Source of the DNA: Andalucia godoyi And28 | Lineage: Eukaryota; Protista; Jakobida | Length of the DNA: 64,000 nucleotides | Assembly (NCBI GenBank): GCA_009859145.1 | Contig: VRVR01000002.1 | Span: 318,724-382,723 of the forward strand | Reading direction: 5' to 3' | Notes under the pieces: model-generated | The model's database searches: none | Told to the model about the DNA's origin: nothing | Seen by the model: only the letters and a program-made list of their open reading frames with translations | Program-made: the position numbers and the translations under genes | In this document: positions 19,864-29,878 of the stretch, one piece after another | Layout of the letters: each line of letters starts with the position of its first letter | Position numbering within the stretch: position 1 is the first letter of the stretch

Positions 19864-20043
19864 TGGACATTTCTTCCGTTTTTGTCTGCTTGAGGTGCGA
19901 GATAGTTGAGTCGTTCTGTGCTAGAATCATGTGATCCTGCATTTTCCCGTTTCTCCCAAACAAGAATTCGTGGACAAGGAACACACCAACAGCATCACAC
20001 AAATCACTCTGCATCTTCGTTAAGCATTTTTCATTTTTTGTTG

Positions 20044-21426
20044 ATGTCCTTTCCAGAGCCCAATATGCGTGGATTAGCGTGTAGTTCTGATCGGACTGTG
20101 TCTGTTCCTTTCCCATCATGCGGGAAAACTGCATGGGATTATTTCCGAAGGATGGAGAAGATTGGCGAAGGTACTTTTTCTCAAGTTTTTCTTGCAGAAA
20201 TGGAGCGTACCACAATGTTCGGACAGCCGCGGAAGGCAGCAGTGAAGGTTCTCCATCCGTTTTCTTCACCCGAGCGAATATTGACAGAAGTAGAGTTTTT
20301 GAGATTGCTTGGTGGAAAGGAAAACGTCGTGGCTCTGCTGCGTGCATTTCGACAATGCGACAATGTGATGCTTGTGCTGGATTATCTGGACCATGAAGAG
20401 TTCAAAGAACATTTTCTGTTCTACACAATAGATGATGTTAGAATGTATGTTTATGAGCTGCTTACCGCGTTGCGCCATGTACACAAACACAATGTTGTTC
20501 ATCGGGATATCAAACCGAGTAACTTTCTTGCCAATACGAAAACCGGCCGATTTGGGCTTATTGATTTCGGCTTAGCACATGTCCAAGAACATTTTCCAGA
20601 AACAGATCTTCTCGTTGACATGAAATTGAAAAGAGTCCGACTGGATTCTTCGAGCTCTTCGTCGTTTTTTGCCAATAGCGCTACAGGTACTTCACCTCCA
20701 GTGTCAGCAATTTCTTCGTTGTTTTCAGGTTCCGCTTCCGGATCATCTTCCGTTTTCACGAAGAATACGGGAAACGCTGCGATTTTGCAGAGTGCAAAAG
20801 GAATTGCGACGGCGGCTTCCACCAAGCGACCCGTTTCTGCTCATCGAATGGCTGTTTCCAATCGATCGTCAGATGCAGAAGGATCCTTGTTAGATGTCCG
20901 TCCGTCTTGCAAAGCTCCGAGGATGGGAACCCGTGGATTTCGACCTCCAGAAGTCTTGTTCCGAGTTGAAAGACTCCACACGACTAAGATCGACATTTGG
21001 GCAGTTGGCGTAATTTTGTTGTCGATTGTCACCGCAAAGTATCCATTTTTTGTTGCTCCTGATGACCATACCAACCTCTGCGAGATTCATGCCCTTATTG
21101 GAACAGACAAACTGCGAAAGGCAGCAGAGGAAATGGGTGTTGACTTCAGGTCTTCGGACAGTTTTCCATCGCACTCCTGGAAGCACATCGTCTCGGATCT
21201 GCGCAAGCACGTTCGTGAGACCCCGCTCACGCATGCTGAGGCGTTGAATGACGATCTGTTGAACCTTCTCGCAAGGATGTTGGAGTGTAATCCGTTACGG
21301 AGAATATCCGCTGAAGAAGCGCTTCTTCATCCGTTTTTCACGCCGTATCTTGTGTCCGGCATCCAGTCTCTCGACCGCAATGCTGAAGCAACGTCTGAAC
21401 ATGATGCTCGTGCAGTTGACTTCTGA
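20044..21426 (+). CDS. CDC7: Cell division cycle 7 kinase
   Basis: KIGEGTFSQV, HRDIKPSNFL, DFGLA, a long kinase insert, GTRGFRPPEVL and DIWAVGVILL...YPFF. Confidence 0.93.
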   Translation: MSFPEPNMRGLACSSDRTVSVPFPSCGKTAWDYFRRMEKIGEGTFSQVFLAEMERTTMFGQPRKAAVKVLHPFSSPERILTEVEFLRLLGGKENVVALLRAFRQCDNVMLVLDYLDHEEFKEHFLFYTIDDVRMYVYELLTALRHVHKHNVVHRDIKPSNFLANTKTGRFGLIDFGLAHVQEHFPETDLLVDMKLKRVRLDSSSSSSFFANSATGTSPPVSAISSLFSGSASGSSSVFTKNTGNAAILQSAKGIATAASTKRPVSAHRMAVSNRSSDAEGSLLDVRPSCKAPRMGTRGFRPPEVLFRVERLHTTKIDIWAVGVILLSIVTAKYPFFVAPDDHTNLCEIHALIGTDKLRKAAEEMGVDFRSSDSFPSHSWKHIVSDLRKHVRETPLTHAEALNDDLLNLLARMLECNPLRRISAEEALLHPFFTPYLVSGIQSLDRNAEATSEHDARAVDF

Positions 21427-21661
21427 GCAGAATTGCTGCGGTGCCCTTGTGGGTGGGATCGGATTCTGTACTCGCAATCCTCGTGTTTGTGCAATGATAG
21501 TTTGAATGTCGAGGCATTTCACGTCGAATTCCGTTGTTCTTTCAACTCGCTGTATCGACTCGTCTTGGAAAAAAACCGCACGCTGAGTTTCTACGTTTGT
21601 TCTTTTCGTGAAGAAGGAAAAGTTAAATTCTTGCATTTTTAAATCATTCTCTTTTTGTTTA

Positions 21662-22021
21662 TTAATCCACGACAACACGGTGATTTGAGAGTTTGTGATT
21701 TCCAGATAAATCACGATAGACAACAACTTGATGCTTAGAGTGTCGGTTCGTTTGCGGAGTATGCATGTCCAGCAGCAAGAAGTAGTTGACACCAGCAACA
21801 ACTTGCGTTTCGGCGGATATGACTTCGTGTAGCGTGCCCTTGTAGAAGCTGTTCGAAGCCTGGTTGATCTGGTCGATAGCAAACAAGGCAGCAGCACGAA
21901 CTCCAGGGTCATTCAAATCTGCCGGGCTCCGACCACCAGGCATTCCAGCAGAAGATCTTCCACTTGCTACATAAACGCAAAACACAACAAGCAACGCGAC
22001 AGACAAGGTAATGAACTTCAT
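21662..22021 (-). CDS. Secreted cystatin (cysteine protease inhibitor)
   Basis: Signal peptide MKFITLSVALLVVFCVYVASG, N-terminal PGG, and the QVVAG reactive loop. Confidence 0.93.
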   Translation of the reverse strand: MKFITLSVALLVVFCVYVASGRSSAGMPGGRSPADLNDPGVRAAALFAIDQINQASNSFYKGTLHEVISAETQVVAGVNYFLLLDMHTPQTNRHSKHQVVVYRDLSGNHKLSNHRVVVD

Positions 22022-22680
22022 TCTCTCAAACCCAATAACTGCTTCGTAAATGGTAGAAACAGAACGAAACAAAAACAAAAACAAAACAAAAATAATCTAA
22101 GCGGGCAGTTTCTCCGAGAATGTCTCTTTTTCCGACTTGTCAGAGAACCTGCAAGACGCCTCCCCCCGATTGTGTCGAACTTGCAGTGAATCGCCAATTG
22201 TGAATCGGGACATCCAAAAATACTTTCCTGGAGATAGGCTCGAGTCCTGCGACCTGCCTCCTGCTTAATCTTGGCTCTTTTGTTTCATCATCGGGAGCTG
22301 AGAGCTAGGACTCAAGTGAACACCATTTTTTTGACGGGAGGAACACACGAATGGACTGGAAGGGGAGATCTTGACGGTCCCTTCTTTTTGTGCATGCACC
22401 GAGGTTCCGAGAGGCAACGCTGGTCTTCAGAATGCGAAAGTGGACCTACTTTAGGTAAGCGGGCCTCGTTGTGGAACGGCCATAATCCCAATACAGGATT
22501 TGAACAAGTCTTCCGAGTCGCGACATCGGGAACCGTCTGTCTTTGGAGTATTGTTCAACTTCCCCCCACCAAACAAAAAAAGAAAAAAGAAAAAAGAAAC
22601 ATATCAAAAGCAGGTTAGTTTACAGGATATCTAAACAAAGACTATGTAGCTGGAAGAGCATAACGCAATGTATGGCTCTC

Positions 22681-23967
22681 TCAAATATTCCTCCGTTTCT
22701 TTGAGCCGGGTTCGCCATTTTCGCCATTTCTGGGAGACCCTTCCACACTGCCTGCTCTCGAAAGCGGGATCACCATCTTTGGCAGGTAAACCTTTTGATG
22801 GTACTCCATCAAGGCATTGTGGCTCGGCGGAAACACTTTCTGGTTTCCAGGACCGTCAAAAAAGTAATCGAGAGCGGCATCCTTGGTGGAGTAAAGCATA
22901 AACGCCCAACGAGAGCGATCTTCATCCGACTCCGGAAGCTCATGAATCGGCCATCTTCGAACCAAAACATGCACCTCGCGCTGTCCCAGTTGTGCCAACA
23001 CGTGCCAAAACCCCACAGGATCATCTCTCTCATATGCAATTGTCAGATCGTAAACAGCTTCCAGTTTGCCCTTGAGACCCTTGAGAGAAGCCACAAAACC
23101 TTTTGTGCGCGGCTGCAGAACCCATTGCATCTTGTGAACCAGCAACTTTGGATTCACAAAACCCGTCCCTGATGTGATGGAGTCCAGTGAGCTGCTGGAA
23201 CCAGACGATGAAGCAGAAGTTCCGTCAACCGCGTGTGGCTGATGGCGCAGTTGCTGGTCGACCCACATGTCACATTGTGCCTTCTTCTTTTCTGTGAACC
23301 TTGACCCCTCCAAAAAGCAATACAAATGAAGCGGAACAGTCTTCCCCACTTCCAAGATCCTCGAAAACGCCTCTTCGATCCGCTTCTTGTCGTTCTCCCA
23401 TTTCCGGCGGACGAAAATAAAACCCGTCATTAGCATTCCATATCCAAAAAGAGGCACATAAAGCAGGGATTGCTTGACAAAAAACTTTGTAAACGACAGA
23501 GAGTGGAGCTCGTAGTACGCATACATGAGGCTGACGAGCCAATCCATGTCTCCGCGGTGATTCGCACAAATGAACGCTGATTCACGAATTGGCCACTTCG
23601 AAATCGGTAGCTGCTCCAGAGTCGCACAGGACGGCGCAACAACCAAAGTTTTGCGTTGGATTTCCTCAACCGTTCCGGCGTTGGAAATTGCCGCGTCACT
23701 GACCTCAAGATTTGTCACAGACTGCCAAAGAGACAGCTTGAGAGGTCTCGAATCCATATAGTGGAACTTAAGTTTGAGAGTTTTCTGAGAATACCAGCTG
23801 AACAGCGACCATCCCATTTCCGAAAGACGACAAATTACCCTGTGGATCGTGACAGGGAAAAGAGGATACAACGGCGCAAGAAGCGCATACAGTGAAATCA
23901 CCAGCACAGCAAGTGTTGTGACAAACACAAATGCCAACAACGCAACAGCATAGTTATAGACTCCCAT
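22681..23967 (-). CDS. Lysophospholipid acyltransferase (AGPAT/LCLAT1-like)
   Basis: NHRGDMD (NHX4D), FVRR, FLEGSR, LQPRTKG and YDLTIAY motifs. Confidence 0.93.
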   Translation of the reverse strand: MGVYNYAVALLAFVFVTTLAVLVISLYALLAPLYPLFPVTIHRVICRLSEMGWSLFSWYSQKTLKLKFHYMDSRPLKLSLWQSVTNLEVSDAAISNAGTVEEIQRKTLVVAPSCATLEQLPISKWPIRESAFICANHRGDMDWLVSLMYAYYELHSLSFTKFFVKQSLLYVPLFGYGMLMTGFIFVRRKWENDKKRIEEAFSRILEVGKTVPLHLYCFLEGSRFTEKKKAQCDMWVDQQLRHQPHAVDGTSASSSGSSSSLDSITSGTGFVNPKLLVHKMQWVLQPRTKGFVASLKGLKGKLEAVYDLTIAYERDDPVGFWHVLAQLGQREVHVLVRRWPIHELPESDEDRSRWAFMLYSTKDAALDYFFDGPGNQKVFPPSHNALMEYHQKVYLPKMVIPLSRAGSVEGSPRNGENGEPGSKKRRNI

Positions 23968-24296
23968 TTCTTCTTTTTTCTGCTTTGCAGATAGAAAGAC
24001 TCGAACTCCAAACAAAGCACAGATCAGCCCGGAAAATGAAGAAAAGAGGCTTGGCTGGGTCGCTGCAAGACAAGCATCCACACAAACAGAGGAAACTGGA
24101 AAATGAGAAGGCGGGACTGGTTCAACTACGGTCGCCTCATTCTGAAACACGCGGAAAACTGCTGTCTTTCTTCACCAAATGCTTTCCCCCCTTCAAATTT
24201 TGGTCGGAGGATTCGAACTTTCGCAGTTATTTTGCATTCGCGTACCTTGACACCTGGTAGTCTCCGTTCCAGCTTGAACAAGGAAACCGCAAGAAA

Positions 24297-25313
24297 ATGC
24301 CGTTAATTATGATGTGCGGGGTCCCCTGTTCTGGGAAATCCACTCGAGCTGCAGAATTGCGTTCTCATTTCGAGAGTTTGGGGACTTACCGAGCAGTGCA
24401 TTCTGTTTCCTTGGATACATTGAACATCCAGCGATACCTAGGTCACGCGACTCCCGTTGCAGAAAAATCAACCCGCGCGGCGATCAAAGCCCAAGTAGAG
24501 CGTCTAAGTTCTCCCGATGCCGTTTTGATCGTGGACTACCAAAACGATATCAAAGGATTCCGGTACGAATTGTACTGCGTCTCGCGAGAATCTGGGAATC
24601 CTTCATGTGTTGTGTGGTGCCGAACAGACGCAGAAACATGTATAGGATTTCATGCAGCGTCTAACTTTTCTTGGGCGCGGCCGTTTGAGACAACCGCTTC
24701 CTCTGATAATGGGCCGTCGCTGTCGATGGACACAACTCTATTTGATCAGCTTTGTTTCCAGTTCGAGCGTCCAATTGAACAGAATCGCTGGGATGCACCG
24801 CTGTTCACGCTTGATACGTCAGAAACCACTCCCTGTTCTGCGATTTCCGCTGCAATGCTTGGGCGGCGAGGCGCAGTGCAGCCTGTCAATGCGACGCGGC
24901 CGCAGAGGCTGTGTGAGGCCGGATTTTTGGGAGAGTTGGAAACGATCTGTTCTGATATCTTGCAGTTCATCTTGAAGACGTATATTGCTAAGCACAAAGA
25001 GCGAGCATCGATGGGGCTGTGGACTCTAGCAGTTTCCGGCCTTCCGCATTGCAAGGACGTTCATAAGCAGTTTTGCGTGGATGTTTCGTCTGCCTTCCTC
25101 AACGACGAAAAAGGAAATTTGCTCGCTGCAGACCTTCGAAAGGCAAAGAACGTATTTGTGAAGGCTGCCCAAGTTCGGACTCCGGATCGCACGACTGCGG
25201 GGGACACGTTTGTGACGTTCTTGAACGGACACGTAGGCCAAGCGGTCGCCGCCGCCGAAAACCAGAGGCTGGCTGCAAGACAACAACTTGAAGAAGAAGA
25301 CATCGGCATTTAA
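24297..25313 (+). CDS. KTI12: KTI12 Elongator-associated protein
   Basis: MPLIMMCGVPCSGKS P-loop, IKGFRYELYC and FERPIEQNRWDAPLF. Confidence 0.95.
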   Translation: MPLIMMCGVPCSGKSTRAAELRSHFESLGTYRAVHSVSLDTLNIQRYLGHATPVAEKSTRAAIKAQVERLSSPDAVLIVDYQNDIKGFRYELYCVSRESGNPSCVVWCRTDAETCIGFHAASNFSWARPFETTASSDNGPSLSMDTTLFDQLCFQFERPIEQNRWDAPLFTLDTSETTPCSAISAAMLGRRGAVQPVNATRPQRLCEAGFLGELETICSDILQFILKTYIAKHKERASMGLWTLAVSGLPHCKDVHKQFCVDVSSAFLNDEKGNLLAADLRKAKNVFVKAAQVRTPDRTTAGDTFVTFLNGHVGQAVAAAENQRLAARQQLEEEDIGI

Positions 25314-25841
25314 TACGAGAATCCCTGTGGTCGTCGTTCCTTTTTTGACTTCTGCAGTATCCGGACAAGGCCGGGTGCTGTGCTGTTTGTCAGGTTCGAT
25401 CGATTGTTCCACAGCTTCGTACTGTTTCCGCTGGCATTCTGTCTTGATTGGTCGGGGTTTTTTTTTAATATGTTGTGTTGCGAATCCGAATTGATCATCA
25501 GAATCAGGTCGCAATTCCGATCCTCCCGTAACGATGTCGTCCCCGATATCACTCTTAGCTCGATTGCCAACGCTGTCCTCCAGCAAACTGGCGATGGATT
25601 GTTGGCAAGCCTCTCGCAGTTCGCAGGCTTCCGGTTCTTTTGAAAGAAAAGAAACGAGCACAAAACGTCCTCGCTGTTGTAAAAAAGAAGAAGAAAGCCA
25701 CAAACTAGATTGTCAGTCTCACTTGATGCGCTGTTGCTTTCTTTCGTGCTGGTCTCCGACTGAACGGAGACAAAGAGCCAGTCGCTTTCTTCTTTCTTGT
25801 CTGTTTGTTCCTGCACAACTCAAAGTTTCTCTCACACTTAA

Positions 25842-26225
25842 ATGTCGTTCGTTACTGCTTTCCGCCGGCTGCTGAGCACGAGTGTTGCTCCAGCTGGATC
25901 GAGCTCGTCTTCGCTTGTGCAGCTCGCGCTTGCACCGTCGATGCTTCCTCGCCGCGAACGCACACATATTGCGGTTCGCGCAGCGATTGCAGCCAATGCA
26001 CGGTCATCTGAGTTCGATACTGGATGCCCAGAAGCACAGGTTGCAGGCCTGACACTTCGCATTTCGTCAATCACCACTCATTTGGGTGAACATAAAAAGG
26101 ATGTTGCTGCTGCACACGGTTTGCAACAGCTTGTTCAGAAGCGACGTGGCCTGTTGACATATCTCCGGAGAATAGACGAAGCCAGATATCGTGCCATTTG
26201 CGAAAAACTCGGACTTCGAGGCTAA
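25842..26225 (+). CDS. rps15: Mitochondrial ribosomal protein uS15
   Basis: DTGCPEAQVAGLT, HKKD, KRRGLLTYL and LGLR motifs, with a presequence-like N-terminus (MSFVTAFRRLLSTS). Confidence 0.93.
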   Translation: MSFVTAFRRLLSTSVAPAGSSSSSLVQLALAPSMLPRRERTHIAVRAAIAANARSSEFDTGCPEAQVAGLTLRISSITTHLGEHKKDVAAAHGLQQLVQKRRGLLTYLRRIDEARYRAICEKLGLRG

Positions 26226-26389
26226 TATCACAGCATATTTTTCGTCGAGGGGACTTCGTTTGCATCTCCCTTTCCACGACATTCCATTTCTCACCTCTTT
26301 TTCATTTTTTAGAATTTTCCAATCAACTTGGAGGAATAAACAATCCCAAACAAACAATATTTTTAAAACATAAGTACATAGTTCAGCAC

Positions 26390-28183
26390 TCAAAGAATTC
26401 GTCGGCGCTTTCCTTGTCCACCCGTGGACATGCACGCGTCTCCGTCTTCATCCCTTTCGTCCGCACTCGATTCTTCTGTATCGTTTCCATGCAGAACAGA
26501 CATTTCAACGCGCTTGCGTCCGGAGCCTGGGGCTGTAGAAAGCAAGAACACAAGGTTGAGCAGCCGACGCCACATTGGACCTTCCACGGACTCAAGGCGA
26601 ATCCAAGGGCAAAACGCACGGTGGTCTCGAACACCGATGGACCCGAATGCTCCAGCGTACTTGCGGCAGCCACAGACAGAACAAAAGACACAACGGTGGT
26701 CATCATCCTGACAAGAAGAAGAAGCAGGTGTACGAGCAAGGGATGAAAAAGGATTTTGCGTTTGCACAGAATTGGGAGGAGAATTGAATGGCGCAGCGTC
26801 CACCATATCATGATCATCTTCCGTTGTATCGGTCATTTCTAGTGCTCGTTTGCGACTGCTAGATGGGTTCAGCGATATATTATTGTTCGATGAAGACACC
26901 TGGAATGGTGATGCCACCATAGCTGATGGGCGTTTTAGCGCACCTTTGTGAGTTGAGCGGACGGATTGCCTGGAGACGGAAGAAGACATGTCGGGATTTC
27001 CGTACGCCCATCCAAACAAGGACAACAAACACACAGAAGCAAAGTCCGTAGTTCGGTTGACGTTGGAGGCAGACAATTCGTTTCCAGACAGGTACTGGAG
27101 GGATTTTAGCGTGGAAGAAAAAAACCCAAATGCACTATTGGAAGTAGCAGAAGGGCCAAATGCGCCGACAGTACCGAAACCACTTACTCGAGTTGACGGC
27201 TGCGCTGCAGTCAAAGAAGAGAATTGCAAGCCAAGACCGGAATTCGGCATGGTTGATGAAATCGAAAACGGAGACGATGACGAAGCAGGCGATGGAGGAA
27301 CAATAGAAAGCAAGTTGCGAGTGGAACTGACGAGCTTTGATAGTTCGTCGCCGGCGAGAATAGACTTTTCTGCCTCGTCCACCTGGAGCAACAGCAGCAA
27401 AGGAAATGACTGGACACGAGATAAATACGCCTCGAGCATACCTTCTCTCAATAGACCGAGACCTGCATGATGGACGGGTCCATTCGACGCTGCCATTGCC
27501 GTGGATGTAAAAGGCGAAGAAGAAGAAGAAGAAGAGGCAGACGATGAAGACGGAGGAACTGCGCATGCAGCCTGCAACGCAACATCGACAGGAACGGACC
27601 ATTCACGAAATACACAAGAGGCTTGATGTCCAGGACCCTTCATTCTCTCGATTGCATTCTGGATCATCACTTTCTGAGAAAATGAGAGCGGCACATCCGC
27701 GCATCCGGATCGCACAAGATGACAGACTTCCGCGAGGGGAGCCATTGGAATGCAAGAATGACACTGAGAACAAATCAAGCACGAATCATCGTCTGTAGAT
27801 AGGTCCCCCTGACCAACTGCGTCCTTTCCAGAATGAATCTCTGCATCAGGAGCCGAAAAAATGGACGACGAGGATGAGGACGAGGATGGTCGATAGCTCC
27901 ATCCGTGACGAGCCAGATGCACCGGAGAAATTGACCGCAGCAGAAACAAAACAAGCAGCGGATCCACAATCGCTTTATTCTGATCCACTGTGTAGTGAAA
28001 TGTGTTCAGGCGGCTGAGAAAAGACGGAATGAGAGACGGAAGACTGACACTCGAATGAGGAAGCTGGCTGTTTGTCGAATTAGGAGACAACGACTGCGAG
28101 GATGACAGCATCCGTGGAATTGGCCCCCCACGGCCATGAACAGAGGTAGGATTCGGAGAATGAAGAATCGCCGGTCCGCTCAT
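26390..28183 (-). CDS. C3HC zinc-finger protein (NIPA/Rsm1-like)
   Basis: FLSRLNTF...SPVHLARHGW...LICSQC...GHQASCVFR, then LSLFGW and CSVCGC...HRAFCPW. Confidence 0.8.
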   Translation of the reverse strand: MSGPAILHSPNPTSVHGRGGPIPRMLSSSQSLSPNSTNSQLPHSSVSLPSLIPSFLSRLNTFHYTVDQNKAIVDPLLVLFLLRSISPVHLARHGWSYRPSSSSSSSSIFSAPDAEIHSGKDAVGQGDLSTDDDSCLICSQCHSCIPMAPLAEVCHLVRSGCADVPLSFSQKVMIQNAIERMKGPGHQASCVFREWSVPVDVALQAACAVPPSSSSASSSSSSSPFTSTAMAASNGPVHHAGLGLLREGMLEAYLSRVQSFPLLLLLQVDEAEKSILAGDELSKLVSSTRNLLSIVPPSPASSSSPFSISSTMPNSGLGLQFSSLTAAQPSTRVSGFGTVGAFGPSATSNSAFGFFSSTLKSLQYLSGNELSASNVNRTTDFASVCLLSLFGWAYGNPDMSSSVSRQSVRSTHKGALKRPSAMVASPFQVSSSNNNISLNPSSSRKRALEMTDTTEDDHDMVDAAPFNSPPNSVQTQNPFSSLARTPASSSCQDDDHRCVFCSVCGCRKYAGAFGSIGVRDHRAFCPWIRLESVEGPMWRRLLNLVFLLSTAPGSGRKRVEMSVLHGNDTEESSADERDEDGDACMSTGGQGKRRRIL

Positions 28184-29878
28184 CGCTATCGTTATCGCGG
28201 GAAAAATATTGCGGTGAGATAATGGAGAAAACAAACAAAATAGTAATAAAAATAATAAAATTCCGTAGGCAAGCCCAAGACGAAAAACGAAACAGAAGAA
28301 ACACATTCGTTGTCGCCCCAGACACATTCGAAAAAATACCCCCCCATTCATGTGAAAGATGGTGGCAGTAGGACAGTAGCCTCGCAGCTTAAGCTAAACA
28401 GTCAACACAACTCGAATTCCGACTCTGTTGAGGAGATGCCTATTCCGACGTTTTCTCTTTTGTCTCTCTCTTTCTCTCTCTTTCCTTTGCAATACCGACT
28501 GTTGTGAATCACTGATATCGAAAAAAAAGGAGAAAAAAGAAAAAAGAAGAAAAAAGAAAAGATAAGCACGAAATGGCCTGATTATCGTGCTACATCCCAC
28601 TCGTGTTTCTGCTTGTACAGTTTCTCGTTGAGATGTTCTTTCCCTCTGAAAAGAAGAGCGAAGAAGGTGTTCTTCCGCAGCAGCAGCAGCAGCAACAACA
28701 ACAACAGCAACGACAGTCGTCGTCTGGTCAGAATGTGGCATCGCAGCCGCTTCTTGTCGGAAAGGCCAACGTTGCTGCTGCTGGGGACCATGCAAGAAAG
28801 AACGAGTAACATCGTTTTTTAACAAAGGGACTTGCACCCATCTTTATGGCGTATAATCATGCATCCGAGGTAGTAGTTTGTTCTCATTGGACTCTTTTTG
28901 TCTTTTACTACTCATGAAGAAACTGGCGCAAAGGAGAGCTCCATGCTCGTTTCCGAATTTCAATCGTTACGGCGCTTTACCGTGACAAGAGACAATGAAC
29001 CTTCTCCTCTTTGGTGTTTCCATTCCTCCCTTTTTTTCTTCTTCTGCTTTAAAAAAAAAAATTGCTTTGTATTGCGATGAAATATTATCCATAGTGAAAG
29101 CCGCAGAGTCGCAGACAGCAGGCCACACAAGTGACGACTCACGTCACACGACACGTGCTGATACACAAATCCGGACAGTAGGGGCGCTTCCATAAATTTA
29201 AAATCAGAGAGCCCGAGCTTTCTTTCCGTTTCCGTTGTCTTTTCCTTCCGCCAATCCGTTTTCTATTTTTCTTTTAGATTTCCTTTTCTCAATCCCATTG
29301 CTTGCACTCGTTTCCTACTTCTGCTTCTGGTCCCTCTGCAGTTGCTTCTTCCGACGATGCAGTCTTTGAGCCTGCCAAAAAAAAAAAAAAGGAAGCCACG
29401 CCCCACAGATGATTGAAACAACTGCAGATCACATGACGGTGGCTTCTGAAGATATCCCCTATGCAATGAACATCCGTCAGTGCTGGCTCAGCCGGCCGCA
29501 GTCCTTGTGTCGGAATCCATCGGGTATTCCTAGCGCAAGCGAGCTGGAATCTCGCGTCTGGCGCTCATGAAACTCATTGTACGAAAATCTGTCTGTTTGC
29601 CGGATATTTCTTGAACGTTTTTCCCCCGGATTCATTTGCCATTGTTGAAATGGGTGCGCCTCAGCACAAGCCGCGAGTTGCGATTCTGCGACATCTTTTT
29701 ATTAATTTAATAAAAAATAATCCGATTGTGCGTCAAAAACCAAAAAGCAAAAACAATCAAACAAAAAAGGCGACTAGAATCTCCCCCGCTCTTCTGTTTA
29801 GGATCTACACACGCATACTCGCATACCGATACGTCTTGCTGCACGGTTCTGGTACATTGTTATCGACGGCAGCTGTTT

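Noticed and set aside
19775-20347. 190-aa minus-strand ORF
   Set aside because: It mostly overlaps CDC7 antisense and has no motifs, so it is probably a shadow ORF.
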